Assembly: GCF_006345805.1 (NCBI RefSeq)
Contig: NC_043001.1
Span: forward strand, 126,294,001 to 126,358,000
Reading direction: 5' to 3'
Source: Octopus sinensis
Taxonomy: Eukaryota
DNA: 64,000 bases
Numbering within the stretch: position 1 is the first letter of the stretch; every line of letters begins with the position of its first letter. The notes under the pieces were generated by a model, which was not told where the DNA came from, did not search any database, and saw only the letters and a list, made by a program, of their open reading frames with translations. Positions 36,715-50,745 of this stretch are shown one piece after another. Made by a program: the position numbers and the translations under genes.

Positions 36715-37399
36715 GAAATTGTTTTGTTAGCGGTAGAAGCTAGAGCGAAACACGTGTTCATGCTATGTATATATTACTGTGTATTTGTCTAAACGTATAT
36801 CTCCTTGTTGATCTTTTACATCTGAAATCGGTCAAAGGTTATGTAAACATGCGAAATATCTTCTTTGACATGTAGCAAGGAGATAATATAAAGAAAGGAG
36901 AGATAAAAATACCTTAGTTTAATCTTTCGATTAACCATTTCTTTTATGAAATGGCGGAACAAAAATAATTGTTTAATTGGACCCATTTATGTTTTTGTGA
37001 CTTATTCTTGGGAGTTTTCGCGCAAATACACTGCCATATGTGATGATGTCAAGGGTTGATAAAAGCTGCACTGGCTGTGCTCCACGAGGCGAAAGTTTCG
37101 TTTCATCTACCCTCAGTTAAACGTTTCAAAGGATTTCAGTTCACTTCCCGCATCGGTGTGACACAAATATTTCTTAGGAATCCTTTAAAGGACTTCCTAA
37201 ACAACAACAATAACAACTGTTTCAAAGTTTGGCACAAGGGCAAGGAGTTTGTCATTGACTGGTATTTCATTTTATCGACAACTCGATGTGATGAAAGGCA
37301 AAGTTAACCTCAACGAGATGTGAACTCAGAACATAAAGATGGACGAAATGCCTCTAACTAAACCTTTTGCCCAGGGTACTAACAATTCTGCCAGCTTGC

Positions 37400-37477
<78 letters not shown>

Positions 37478-37780
37478 GATTCTTTGGGGTTTGAATAATT
37501 CACCTCTGGAAACATGGGTGGTTCTTTCAACATCCTTAAACAACCCTTATTCAGGGACCTTTTGAGCGGGATGGGCTACTCAACCTGAAGAAAATTCTAT
37601 CTGGGCCCCACCTGCAAGGTCATGTGCTGTTTATCTTGATATGAGATCACCATGTCGCGCACATATGGTTGTGATGCATGTGCCTGGTGTACCCTTATCA
37701 GACGGGTAGTCATGATGGGTATATTGGGCCTCGTATATTTTACCCCAGTGTCACTTTGATGGCATGAACTGCTCTCACTC
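37478..37780 (+). mobile_element. Family X retroposon 3' fragment in (TAA)n
   Basis: Third copy, shortest 5' truncation. Confidence 0.8.
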
Positions 37781-37806
37781 AATAATAATAATAATAATAA
37801 TAATAT

Positions 37807-37997
37807 AACAAAAACACCAGGACTTACAAAACATATAACATACAGAAAATTGCACTACTAGGCACTGCACACATCCTACGCAGAACACTTTCCATACAAT
37901 AACCATCAGAGCATCACAACAAATCACAGCACATACCCAAGGCACACAGAGCTGCGCTTGGTAGTGAAGTGAAAGCTCGCTATAAAAAATAAAACTA

Positions 37998-38000
<3 letters not shown>
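37807..38000 (+). mobile_element. R4/Dong-like LINE extreme 3' end
   Basis: IQKIALLGTAHILRRTLSIQ* followed by a 3' UTR and (TAA)n. Confidence 0.8.
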
Positions 38001-38085
<85 letters not shown>

Positions 38086-38590
38086 GAAAGATAGATGCGA
38101 ATAGGCCTGACATTATATTGAAAGACTTAAGGCAAAAATCACGCCTTCTTATTGATATGGCTGTCCCAATCGACATAAATGTATCTGTCAAGACGTGCCA
38201 AAAACTGACCAAGTATAAAGATCTTGAAATAGCAAGTGGTAATATGTAGTACCTCAAGACTAAAACAATACCTGTTGTCATAGGTGCCCTAGGAATGATA
38301 GCAAAAGGTGCTGGTTTCTTCCTCAGATACCAGGAAATCCCAAAATGGCAAAAATTCAAAAGATAGTGCTCATGGGAATTGGCCATATCCTACGTAAAAT
38401 ACTGTCTATGTAATCTCAAATTTTATAACAAACTCATAACTTTCCTTATGTTTTTCTTAAACGTTCTCTAGAACAATACTATGTGCAAAACTAAATATAT
38501 GACACCCTAGGCATAACACCAACATGAACTTCTAACTTGTTGTCTCTTGAGGTATCTGGGTGAGACTTGGAACCAATTTGTGCAAATATG
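38086..38590 (+). mobile_element. Second R4/Dong-like LINE 3' fragment (restriction-like endonuclease domain)
   Basis: IDANRPDIILKD..LLIDMAVP.D.NVSVK..QKLTKYKDLEI...TIPVVIGALGMI. Confidence 0.9.
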
Positions 38591-38684
38591 AGAAGAAGGA
38601 GAAGAAGAAGAAGAAGAAGAAGAAAAAGAAGAAGAAGAAGAAGAAGAAGATATTTATAATAATAACAACAACAACAACAATAAC

Positions 38685-38747
<63 letters not shown>

Positions 38748-39049
38748 GCGACGGAAGAAATGCCGCTAAGCATTTTGCCCGACGCTCTAACGATTCTACC
38801 ACTAAGCTACCATGACAACAACCCTAATAACAATGGTGGCAACAACAAAACGACTGCTACTCAATGTAAAAGCTACTTTGTGGTCACTCAAGTTTCAAGA
38901 AATAAGCGCCAGATCGTCCTATAATTGCACCGTGCCATCTTTAAAGAAAGGGGATGCATTAGACGATGTAATCTGCGATACACTGTGTCTGAGAAAGAAA
39001 GACGGAGTTGCCTTAACATTTTGTTATAAGTTTACTTCATCACAGCGGT

Positions 39050-39050
39050 C

Positions 39051-39082
<32 letters not shown>

Positions 39083-39460
39083 GGTGGTGGTGGTGAGGCT
39101 TCTGCTGTCGCCGTTGTTGTTGGTTGTGTCATTGTTGTGGCTGTTGTGGCTGTTGTTAATGGTGGTGGCATCGGCGGTGGTGACGACAACCGCAACGACC
39201 ACGATAATGACGATGATGTGATCATCATCGTCCTTATCATCATCATCATCATCATCATTAGCATCATCATCATCATTATCATCATCATCATCATCATCGT
39301 CATCACCATCATCATCATCATCATCATCGTCATCATCATCATCATCATCATCATCACCATCACCATCATCATCATCATCAATCATCATCATCACCATCAT
39401 CATCATTATCATCAGCATCATCATCACCCCAACATCATCTGCATCATCATCATCATCAAT
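39050..39460. repeat. Compound (GAT)/(GGT)/(CAT) triplet array
   Basis: Direct reading. Confidence 0.95.
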
Positions 39461-40179
39461 ATTGCCATATTCATTCCGTCATGTTCCGAATTCGAATCTC
39501 ACGCTGCCCAGCTTTGATCTTTTTATTCTTCCGGATGTAGTATACCAGTCATATACTACGTAATGTTCGGATGTTAGACTTGTACCGTAATATAGCTTTC
39601 CTTATTTTTAATATAAATTTCTTTGAATTCGCAATAAAAATCTGCCTAATTCTTGCACTTGTCTTCGGCAGCTGAGATGTGAGGCAACGGATTCCTGGTG
39701 AGCATTTACAATCGAAATATGAAACTAGTGCGTTTGATTCCTATTGTAGTTGGCTGAAACTTCTGAATCTCATCCATGTGAGACATAAATTCGCAAGGAG
39801 ACGATAAGCCTAGGGCCAAAAACGCACTTTGACAAGTCTACTCTCATTCTTTTATGTATCTGTCTTGCTCCGTCACTCACTCTCTTTCCTCCCTTCCCAT
39901 CACTTTCTATATATAACATCGTTTCACGGCGTCTAATGTATATATACAAAGTGTATATATCTGTATTTATGTATATTAAACTTTTAAATACTTTTTGATA
40001 GTTATATATATATTTTTTAAAATTATAAATATAAATTAATAATTCTAATTTTAAATTTAAATAATTTAAATTTTTCAATTATATATTTTATATATTTTGT
40101 ATATTATATTTTAATTTTTATGTTTTGGTTTATGTTTTTCACTGTTTGATTTGCCTATTAGTGGTTTTATCTCTAATTT

Positions 40180-40227
<48 letters not shown>

Positions 40228-40989
40228 ATGTGTGCATTATGTGGTCGGTTGAGCTGAAAATATGCACACCTATGTCAAAAGTGCTGGCAAGTTTGCATGA
40301 CAACTATTTTTTTCCTCAAATGAAAGGCGTGACCTCAAGGACAAAATTTCTCATTTTATAAAATGTGGCCCCAGTACACCCGAATGAAATCGGGTTATAT
40401 TAACCAAAATGTGAAAAGGGGTCTAAATGGGGCTGAGATTTACGTTAAGGGCAAATGTATCTGTGGAATATTCAGCTACTTCGCACCCGAATTTGATAAC
40501 GAAATCGTCCTTTTGACCGAGAAACTGGATATTCATACGTTGAAATCGACGGGAGAGTCCATCACAGTCCAACGCACACATGCGCGCGACATACACACAC
40601 ACACGTGTGTATGTATTTACATATGTATATATATATATGTATATGTATATATATACACATGCATGCGCGCGATCACATAAATGTATATATGTTTATCTGA
40701 AATACATGAACACATCCTAAAGGACTTAGTTCTATTAGAATTTAAAAACTCCGAAAGACATAATTTTTTCAGGTAACAGTTGGCAGGATTTGAACCGATC
40801 ACTGCAAGACCCGAAGTAGTTATTGCATAACTTCTTGTTGGATGTTTTAACGCTTTTCAATCTCTCTATAGATATTTATATAAAAATACATACAGTCGTC
40901 TGTTTTCTGTGTTTAAAAAATAATTAGACACATTCATGCATATATATATACAAACATACATAGATACATACGTACATAATAAACATTTT

Positions 40990-41190
40990 TGTAATAGAGA
41001 ATCAAGAAGTTCAGGAATTGAAACAGGACTGTGCACGGTGGACGGATAGAGACGAAGTGACAAAACAATCCATAACTGGATATTCACCAAAAAAGCTAAT
41101 GGTATCTGTTTGATGGTCGAGCGCAGGTGTCATCCACTACACCTTCACGAGACGTAGTAAATCAATTAAAGTTCAAGATATCTGTGGAAC
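40990..41190 (+). mobile_element. Mariner transposase fragment
   Basis: RWTDRDEV....PKKLMVSV*WSSAGVIHY. Confidence 0.7.
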
Positions 41191-41482
41191 GTTTAGTTAC
41201 CTTCTACAGACTAAACGAAACTCTCATTTCCCTAATACAATGACGGGAGGATACGGCTTTATGGTTACGGTTTAGGTTAAGACATGAGTGTAAGGTTATA
41301 GAATTTCAAGGTTGCTGGTTTACATGGAGAAAGGTTTGACTATAGAAAAGGTTTCACTATAGAATTTCTTCTTCATTTTATATATAATTGCAACATCCAA
41401 TGTCAAACATCCAAAGAAAATAATTTCCTTAATAAAGTAAAAAGAAAAGCGATGATAAGATGCATTAAGGTCAAGCGATAAG

Positions 41483-42055
41483 AGCAGGTCATTAAGAATG
41501 AAATGTTCAATTTTGAACTGAAAGTTTATTTTAATTTATCCTAACAAAAAGCAATGCAGTTTATCAAAGTATGCACCAAAATTATCAACACAATTTTGCC
41601 ATGTTAACGGTCGCTTATTTATGCCGGCAGCGAAGAATTGTGGAGAGCAAGAGATGATGAAATCATGAAAGGCTGTTTTTGCATCTTCTTTAGATTTGAA
41701 GTTTTTACTTGCAAAAAGTTGTCTAATACTTAGAAAACGTGATAGACTGGTGGTGCAAGATCTGGTGAATATGGTGGATGACAGAGTACTTCCAAGTTCA
41801 GTTCCTGTAACTTGAGAAGCGTTCTTTGTGCAAAATGTGGTTGAGCATTGTCTTGCAAGAGAATTGGCCTGTCTGTACTGACCAATCTCGTTTGTTTAAT
41901 TGCAAATTTACTCCTCATTTTATCGAATTGGTTGATGTATACATCCGCTGTAATTGATTTACTAGGTCTCATGAAGGTTTATTGGATGACACTCGCGCTC
42001 GACCACCAAACAGATACGATCAGTTTTTTATTTTTTTTGTGAATATTCTATTTTG
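41483..42055 (-). mobile_element. Mariner (DD34D-type) transposon 3' remnant
   Basis: KKLIVSVWWSS..SITADVY...LLQDNAQPH...HPPYSPDLAP; terminus near 41483. Confidence 0.9.
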
Positions 42056-42428
42056 GATTGTGCTTAGTGAGTGCAAAGATTTCGATTATTCATGACGACA
42101 GTGCACCCTGTTACCAAGTTCTCCTCACTCGTGCGTTTCTCGCCAAAAGTAACATGGTATTGCTACCGCACGCGCCCTACAAATCAGATTTAGCCCCTGC
42201 GGATTTCCATCACTTCCTCAAGATGGAAAAAAGTTCACCGTTTTAACGCCGTTGTCGAGATCCAGAGTGAATCGTAAAGGGCCCTCGATTTCCAGGCCAG
42301 TTTCCAAAAGAGGGAGGAACGCTGGGGCCGGTGTATTGCTGCGCAAGGTGCTTATTTCGAAGGAGATGATTTTAAAACTTAGGTTATTAAACATAACTAG
42401 TCCGGGATCTTTTTGACACCACCCCGTA
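42056..42428 (+). mobile_element. Different mariner subfamily 3' remnant
   Basis: IHDDSAPC...LPHAPYKSDLAPADF..F.KM; CIAAQGAYFEGD; ends CTTTTTGACACCACCCCGTA. Confidence 0.85.
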
Positions 42429-43146
42429 TATTCTGTTTTTAACACAGTAAATGAGAACAAAACGTTATTGGAGCTTGGCATGAAGCATACTTATATTCAT
42501 ATCCTCGGGTTATTTCAATTTATTTCACATTTATCATCGCTACACTGCACTATTTATAAACATTGCTATGTCTATGAAGTTACTTAATAATGTTTTTCAC
42601 ATGTCATATAATATCATTACAATGCACTATTTATAAACGTAGCCATGGTTCTGTTATTTAAAAACATGACAGTTCATTCATAAAAATAACACGGTTGTTG
42701 TTTATATTTTGCAGCAGTAGCAGTAATAACGTACAGACTACCGAGTTTCTGTGTGTATATGTGTGTGTGTATGCGTGCGTGTGCGTGTATGTCTCTATGT
42801 AGTTGGTGGCTAGTTGTGGGTGTGTAAACACATACATAGATAAATACAGAGACACGTGTATACATACACACACAAAAATACATATATACATCCATACATA
42901 TTTACATGCATACATACAGTACACTAGAACAGATCACGATATCGGGCTAAAAACGTACAAAACCTTCTTAAGATTGAAAGGATGATGAACAAGACAAGAT
43001 GGTTTTCCTTCACAACCTTGATACGCATACATAGATACATACATAGGTACACACACACACATACATACAAACATACACAACACACACACATACATACATA
43101 CAAACATACATACATACACACATAAATACCTACTTATCTATATACA

Positions 43147-43178
<32 letters not shown>

Positions 43179-43811
43179 CATACATACAGGCATACTTACA
43201 TGCATACATACCATACGCTAAGACTGATCACGATATCTGAGACTATAGAAATTTGCAAAACCTTCTTAAGATTGAGAAGACGATGAATAAAACAAGACAT
43301 TTTCCTTGCTACCCAAGAAGGTGGCCTCTCAAAATCTACACTAAATCAAAAAGAAAAAGAACATACATACAAACACACAAACACACACACACACACCACA
43401 CACACACATACACAAACACAAACACATACAAACATACACATACACACACACACACACATACAAATACAAACACGCACAGATACATACACACACACGTACA
43501 TACATACACACATACACACATATACATACACACATACATACATACATACATACATACACACATACAAACATACATACATACATACATACATACATACATA
43601 CATACATACATACATACATACACACATACAAACATACAAACATACGTGCAATACATACCAACCAGACACATAAACGAGACCAGGATACATTTTGGCCAAC
43701 AATAATTCTTCATTCGAGGGGGCCATGATCTAATACGCAGCTTAAAAGATTAATCAAAGTGAAGCTCTTAAGTTAGATATGGCCAAAATCTATGCATCTT
43801 ATCTTAATTAC

Positions 43812-43974
<163 letters not shown>

Positions 43975-44365
43975 ATTTATTTAATTATTTATTTATATCC
44001 GCGATGTCTGCCATGCGTATACAAACGAAAAAGTATATTGTCACGCGCACACAAGCACCAAAAACAAAAAAAAATTAATTTCATTGTATTTATTACAATG
44101 AAAATATGTTTTAACATGTAAATAAGAGTGTGTATTTGTGAGTGTATGTATATAACATAATATGTTTGTATGTATGTTTGAAGGCGATAAAAGTGTAAAC
44201 AGGTAAAAACTAAGTGAATATAAATCATAGATAGGCAAGATGACCCTCTTCAGTCCCATTCTGGAGTGATAGAAACCAATATTTTACCATTTGTATGGTT
44301 AATCAATATCCTTACCTGAATCGAACCGAGGACGAACCGAATCGCTAGTCAACGACTATATACAA

Positions 44366-44712
44366 ATAAATAGCATCCCTGAAGTCGGATGGTACAACTT
44401 CATTTGTCCAGATTTTGACCAAGAGTTGGTGGAGCTGGTGTTGGCAAAAAACAGACCGCTCTGGAAAACCACCATCCATGAGGGAACGGCGACTTTCGAG
44501 TCGAAAAGGTCTGCAGAGCTGGAGGAGAAAAGATGACGACGGAAGGAGCGCCAACAACAACCACGTGCGACTCTCCCTTCCGGCACTAGATGTCCGCACT
44601 GCGACCGATCTCTTTTCAAGCAAGAATTGGTCTTATCGGTCACCTACGGACTCACCAGTAAATTTGCGCGAAGACCATCATCCTCGACCTTGAGGGATTG
44701 CCATCGTCGTAT
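44366..44712 (+). mobile_element. RTE/BovB-like LINE 3' end with an inverted 5' segment
   Basis: Plus strand: LAKNRPLWKTTIHEGTATFE...CPHCDR..ARIGLIGHLRTHQ*. Minus strand 44366-44440: LHQLLVKIWTNEVVPSDFRDAI. Confidence 0.82.
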
Positions 44713-44794
44713 CGTTGTCGTACAAATAAACAGTGGGAGAACCATTTTCTAGCGTGCCACGACAATGCATATATATGATGAAGTCGGGTATATT

Positions 44795-45023
44795 ACTCTT
44801 TTTACTCTTTTACTTGTTTCAGTCATTTGACTGTGGTCATGCTGGAGCACCGCCTTTAGTCGAGCAAATCGACCCCAGGACTTATTCTTTGTAAGCCTAG
44901 TACCTATTCTATCGGTCTCTCTTACCGAACCGCTAAGTTACGGGAACGTAAACACACCAACATCGGTTGTCAAGCGATGTTGGGGGGACAAACACAGACA
45001 CACAAACATAAACACACACATAC

Positions 45024-45067
<44 letters not shown>

Positions 45068-45237
45068 CATATACAACGGACTTCTTTCAGTTTCCGTCAA
45101 CTAAACCAACTCAGAAGGCTTTGGTCGGCCCGAGGCTATAGTAGAAGACACTTGCCCAAGGTGCCACATTTTAGGACTGAACCCGGAACCATGTGGTTGG
45201 TAAGCAAGCTACCTACCACACAGTCACTCCTACGCCT
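44795..45237 (-). mobile_element. Family B SINE, full length
   Basis: Family motifs. Confidence 0.88.
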
Positions 45238-45822
45238 ATATATATATACGTATATGTATGTATATATAGTTCAAGAGACCTGGTGATATATATATTTTCA
45301 GAGTATTTGGCGTGTATAATTAAGTACACACCCTAAGCACATATACAAATATGCGCTTATAAGCACATTCAGATGTTATAGTTTGTCGAACAAAGAAACA
45401 GTACTCATTACTTGAGCTAGAGTTCTAAAGTATACTTTCTATGTTCATAGTATCCTTTATAGAGAAGGTAAAGTTTCGAACTACGCGATCATCAGGCAAA
45501 TTCGCATCGATTGTAATGTTGCGAAACTGAAGTCACGACAATAAGAATCCTTTTAAATAATCCCTGCGTATCTTTGTCTCTGTCTGTTTATACGTTTATC
45601 TGTCTGTTTGTCTATTTGTCTCTCTCTCCCTCTTTCTCTCTCATTCTCTCTTAATCTCTCTCTTTCTCTCTCAGTCTTTCTCTCTCCGTTTCTAATACCT
45701 TGTCTGTGTGAGTATGAGGTACAGATGAATATGTGATTTATGTAATTTTTACATGTATAAATATCCGTAAATACATAAAAATCACTTGCTTAGCAAACAT
45801 ACATAGTATGTTACACAAGCAC

Positions 45823-45855
<33 letters not shown>

Positions 45856-46590
45856 TTACTCACGCACACATACACACACACAGTTATTGAAGATACAATC
45901 ATATTTATATATTACAAAGTTTGGTGTTATTTAGTATTTGTATGTGAGAACGTGAACAGCATGGAAATAGACAGACAGATAGACAGATAGACAGACTGAC
46001 AGACAGATAGATAGACAGATAGAGAGGGGTGGGGCGGAAGAGGGAGGTAAAAGGAGAAAGAGAGATGAAGGACAAGAGATACAACGAAACGAGAGATCGG
46101 AAGAAGCAGTAAAAATACTTGCATGTATGTGGAGAATGCATTAATCGCGAGAGCAAACACATGCAAGGTGCCTCGACAATAAATTACACTCGACCGTATC
46201 ACACCTACACCACCTACACACACTCACATGCCACAAGATCTTACTCACACACACACACACGCTTGCACACGCATGCTCTCATACATATCAACACGTATGC
46301 ACTGCGACATATATGCATACACGTACAGGTAATAAATAACGGGCACGTATTACAAAATTGTGGGTATCCAGCTGATATTAGAATCTCTATAGAAACGAAT
46401 GTGAATTTTGAATATTGGCCCACAGTATTAATAGTTTTATGCACATATACTTATATCTATGTATGGGTGTATACATGTGTTTGTATGTATGTATGATGTA
46501 TGTATGTTTGTGTGTATGTGTATGTGTTTATGTGTGTATATACATACATTACATATACATACATGCATATAATATGTATGAATGTATGTA

Positions 46591-46651
<61 letters not shown>

Positions 46652-46803
46652 GAGATAGGGGATGTGAGTGTAACCCTCTAGGGATAAACATATATCCATG
46701 TGTTTGATCTTGATGTTCCTATGTAGTTGGTTAATAAATTTTGTGAATGGGTATTATCTGGTAGTTGATGATTGATTAAAGTGTATTCCACCAATTGTAT
46801 ATA

Positions 46804-46843
<40 letters not shown>

Positions 46844-46886
46844 CATTCATACTTACACACACACAAACACATAAGCACATGCGTTG

Positions 46887-47230
46887 CTGTGTGGTTCCAT
46901 GTTCAGTCCCACTGCACGGCAACTTGGGCAAGTGTCTTCTACTATGTATATAGTCTCGGGCGGACCAAAGCCTTGTGAGTGGATTTGGTAGACGGAAACT
47001 GAAAGAAGCCCGTTGTATATACATCTATCTATCTATGTGTGTGTCTTCGTGTCGATGTTCCTTCCCCACCTCCACCGTTTAAACGGTTTTTGTGTGTTAC
47101 GTTTTGTGTGTAAAGTAGAGGTTCTGCTAAAGAAATCGATATAATATGTACCAGGCTTACGATAAAAGTACTGGGAACATATCATTCAGCTAAAAATTCT
47201 TCAAGACGGTGCTCCAGCATGGCCGCAGTC
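46887..47230 (+). mobile_element. Family B SINE, diverged
   Basis: Family motifs. Confidence 0.75.
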
Positions 47231-47481
47231 TGAAAACAATAAACAGTATATACACATATATTATACATATTACATATATTTCTATGTATTTTATATAATA
47301 GAAATGTGTGCGAGTAAATATACGAATCAATATGTGTGTGAGTGTGTGTGTGTATGTGTGCGTGCGTTAAATAATATTATACATATTATGTGCACGTGTA
47401 TGTATACACATGTAGAAATCAGAATGTGGGTCCCTTTCCCTATTTGTCTTTCTCTCTCTCTGTTTCACTCTCTTTCTCTCT

Positions 47482-47523
<42 letters not shown>

Positions 47524-47575
47524 TATATATACACATATGCAAATATATACATACATACATACATACATATGTATA

Positions 47576-47626
<51 letters not shown>

Positions 47627-47670
47627 CATGCACATATGAATATACATACACACAACACACCCACACACAC

Positions 47671-47708
<38 letters not shown>

Positions 47709-47764
47709 GGAGAGTACTAGATAGATAGATAGATAGATAGATAGTTAGATAGATAGATAGATAG

Positions 47765-47829
<65 letters not shown>

Positions 47830-48134
47830 GTGGGCTGTAGAATTTATTTATTTATTTGTACAAAGTCGATTATTCATTTTTGTGATGTGTTCATAGTTGT
47901 TGGCTTATCGATCAAAGCCTGATTAATCACCCTACACGTCAATTAGTCTTTTGTAATAAACGTCATCATACGATCTAATTTTTGCTTAGACTGATGTATC
48001 ATTCCTTGACATATACCTATTTAACAGCATCTGTTTGTCATCAATGCATTTTTGTATGGTTTAGTAGTTATAGACTTCTTTGGTTAATTTTCTAGGATTG
48101 GCAAAAAACTTTCTTTTTCTGTTATATATATACA

Positions 48135-48526
48135 TCTTTATATATAAAAGTAAAGTTGTGTGTCTGTCTCCTACGATTTAGATTCCTAACTACTCCCACA
48201 TTTTGCGGTGCAGTGTAACCAAAAGCGGGTATCTTATAGTCGTGATTCATATCGAGCCCTTCTGGGTATTAGCGCGCGTCTACGATGAGTCTACGATTTT
48301 AAAAAGAATTACCATAATTTTTTCCCATTTTAATGCATTTTTTTTGCTATTATTAAGGGAATTAACTCTCTAAAAATGTATTATAAATCTCAGAACGTAA
48401 AAAGCTACAGTAACACCCCCCATTCTGGTTGGCCATATTGAGATGGCTATTATACTTTACATCTCTAAAAATGCTTATATAGTTATTTCCCTTACAAACC
48501 CGAGCAACGCCGGGCGATACTGCTAG
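48135..48526 (+). mobile_element. Non-autonomous Helitron
   Basis: A|TC start, CCCGAGCAACGCCGGG hairpin, CTAG|T end; body shared with the 58468 copy. Confidence 0.85.
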
Positions 48527-48649
48527 TATATAATAAAACAGAACGTTAAAATCGAACATTAAATATAGCAAATAACAAAACGTCAAAAGCGCGTACATAT
48601 GGAATGTATAATATTAGCTTGATGCTCAGTAAAGGTAGAAAAAAAGAGT

Positions 48650-49020
48650 GCTTCCCAAGCACATGGTTCTGGGTTCAGTCCCACTATATGACACCTTGCG
48701 GCGAGCTGGCAGAAACGTTAGCACGCCGGGCGAGATGCGTAGCCGTATTTCGTCTGCAGTTACGTTCTGAATCAAATTCCGCCGAGAGGTCGACTTGCCT
48801 TTAATCTTTCGGGATCGATAATAAGTACCAGTTACGCACTGGGGTCGATGTAATCGACTTAATCCGTTTGTCTGTCCTTGTTTGTCCCCTCTGTGTTTAG
48901 CCCCTTGAGGGTAGTAAAGAAATATATATGGCACCTTGCGCACGTGTCTTCTCCTATAGCCTCGGGTTGAGCAAAGCTTTGTGAGTGGATTCGCAGACGG
49001 AAACTGAAAGAAGCCTGCTA
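48650..49020 (+). mobile_element. Family A SINE (48698-48925) nested in a family B SINE
   Basis: Family B sequence resumes after the family A copy. Confidence 0.8.
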
Positions 49021-49030
49021 TATATATACA

Positions 49031-49248
49031 TACGAGGGAAATGCTGAAAAGTTCCTGGATTTGGCTAGAAGAAAATGCAGGAGGTTCAGTTAATTATGAT
49101 TTATTCAACATGTTCCCCTCTCTGATTCCTGCACTTATTGCAGCGATCCTTCAGGTTTTCTAAGCCCTGTAAAAGAACTCGGAAGGCTGGGCCTTCAACC
49201 AGGCCTTTCGCGACACCCTTAAAGCTAGGAACTTTTCAACCCCCGCCT

Positions 49249-49252
<4 letters not shown>
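49031..49252 (-). mobile_element. Mariner-derived MITE
   Basis: TACGAGGG..GCTGAAAAGTTCCTGG / CTAGGAACTTTTCAAC..CCTTGTA TIRs with TA ends; minus strand reads LENLKDRCNKC...GEHVE*. Confidence 0.8.
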
Positions 49253-49292
<40 letters not shown>

Positions 49293-49760
49293 GTGTGTAT
49301 GTGTGTATGTTTGTGTCTGCGTTTGTCCCCACCACCACTATCGCTTGACAACCGGTAACTTAGCGGATCGGCAAAAGAGCATGATACAATAAGTGTCAGG
49401 TTTTAAAAAATTAAGTACTGGGGGCGATTCATTCAACTAAAAGAGTTCCTCAAAGTGGTGTCCCAGCACGGCTGCAACATAGCGACTATAAAAGACAAAA
49501 GATATATAATATCACGAATGGTTCTTCCTGAATCATATGCTCACAAAGCAAGTTAACTGGATTCTGTGGTGTATGTATCACCTCACCCATCACCCTGGAA
49601 AGAACACCAGTCCATCGCAGGACTACTCTTTTTTTTGCAAGCTGTGTGATCTGGAGCAACGTGAAATGAAGCGGTCTGCTCAAGAAAAAAACGCATCGCT
49701 CGGTCCAGGAATCGAAAGCACAATTTTACTGTCATGTGAGCAACATCCTAACCACTAAAC

Positions 49761-49791
<31 letters not shown>

Positions 49792-49930
49792 ATTATATAT
49801 GTGTGTCTGTGTATGTGTGCATTTCATTAAACTGAAGGATTATTCAATACGTTTTAGTAGAGAACATATTTTATTAATTAGAAATATTGAATTTCTCAAT
49901 GTCTCAGAGAGACATAAGCGGTGGTGAAGC

Positions 49931-50145
49931 AATATAGTGGTCGTATACAGTCAACTCAATGTGACAGTCTCGTGAGGGAATTACACCACCACCATTTAGC
50001 CCTAGGAAACATCGACGTCTCCTAAGGACACAGAAAATGTGTCACAGCCGACAAGAGACGTCGATGTTTCCTAGGGCTAAATGGCGGTGGTGTAATTCCC
50101 TCACGGGACTGTCACATTGAGTTGACAGTATACGACCACTATATT
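49931..50145. mobile_element. MITE-like foldback with 91-bp arms
   Basis: 49931-50021 is the reverse complement of 50055-50145 with about three mismatches. Confidence 0.75.
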
Positions 50146-50623
50146 TTATTAATTTTTACAAGTACGGAGTTGACTGTGACTTCGATGTCACTGTGTACAT
50201 GGCTGAAAGACAACGCATCATAATCACGAGCCCGACCATGACCACTACATCGTGCGCCTGTCTTGCTGACTTACGGCCTTTGTGCATTTTGTTTTGTGCA
50301 TGTAACAAAGTATGTAGTTGTAGCTCACTCCGTAAGGAACATAGAGACCGTTTCCCGGATTTTCTGACGTATTTAGATTCCTTCCTGAATAGGGCCACGG
50401 TCCGTAGTAGGATTACTAATTTTTGCCAGCTATGTGCTCTAGAGCGACCTCAGATGAAACATTTCGTTCAAAAACACAACGAATCGCCTAGTTCAAGAGT
50501 CGAAACCGCAATCTTACGATCATGAGTGTAGCAGCCTAATGATTAAGCCATGTACGTGCGTTCAAGTATAATCACCTGAAAGTATTGCTGATATATCTCA
50601 TCATCTATCTATCTATATATATA

Positions 50624-50670
<47 letters not shown>

Positions 50671-50745
50671 ATATATATACAGTATACATACAACACATAC
50701 AAACACACATAACACACACACATATATACACACACATATATATAT

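Noticed and set aside
36725-36765. CGGTAGA-A-GCTAGAGC-GAAAC-ACGT-GTT
   Set aside because: Resembles the 32005/62899 variant but has several core changes and no stem I
40760-40830. tRNA-like B box (GGTTCAAATCC on the minus strand)
   Set aside because: No cloverleaf; a decayed SINE head. No intact tRNA gene was found in the window
45460-45500. Minus-strand CTGATGA...GAAAC
   Set aside because: None of stems I, II or III pairs
50193-50525. 110-aa plus-strand ORF
   Set aside because: Its 3' part is a degenerate SINE on the opposite strand; no domain recognised
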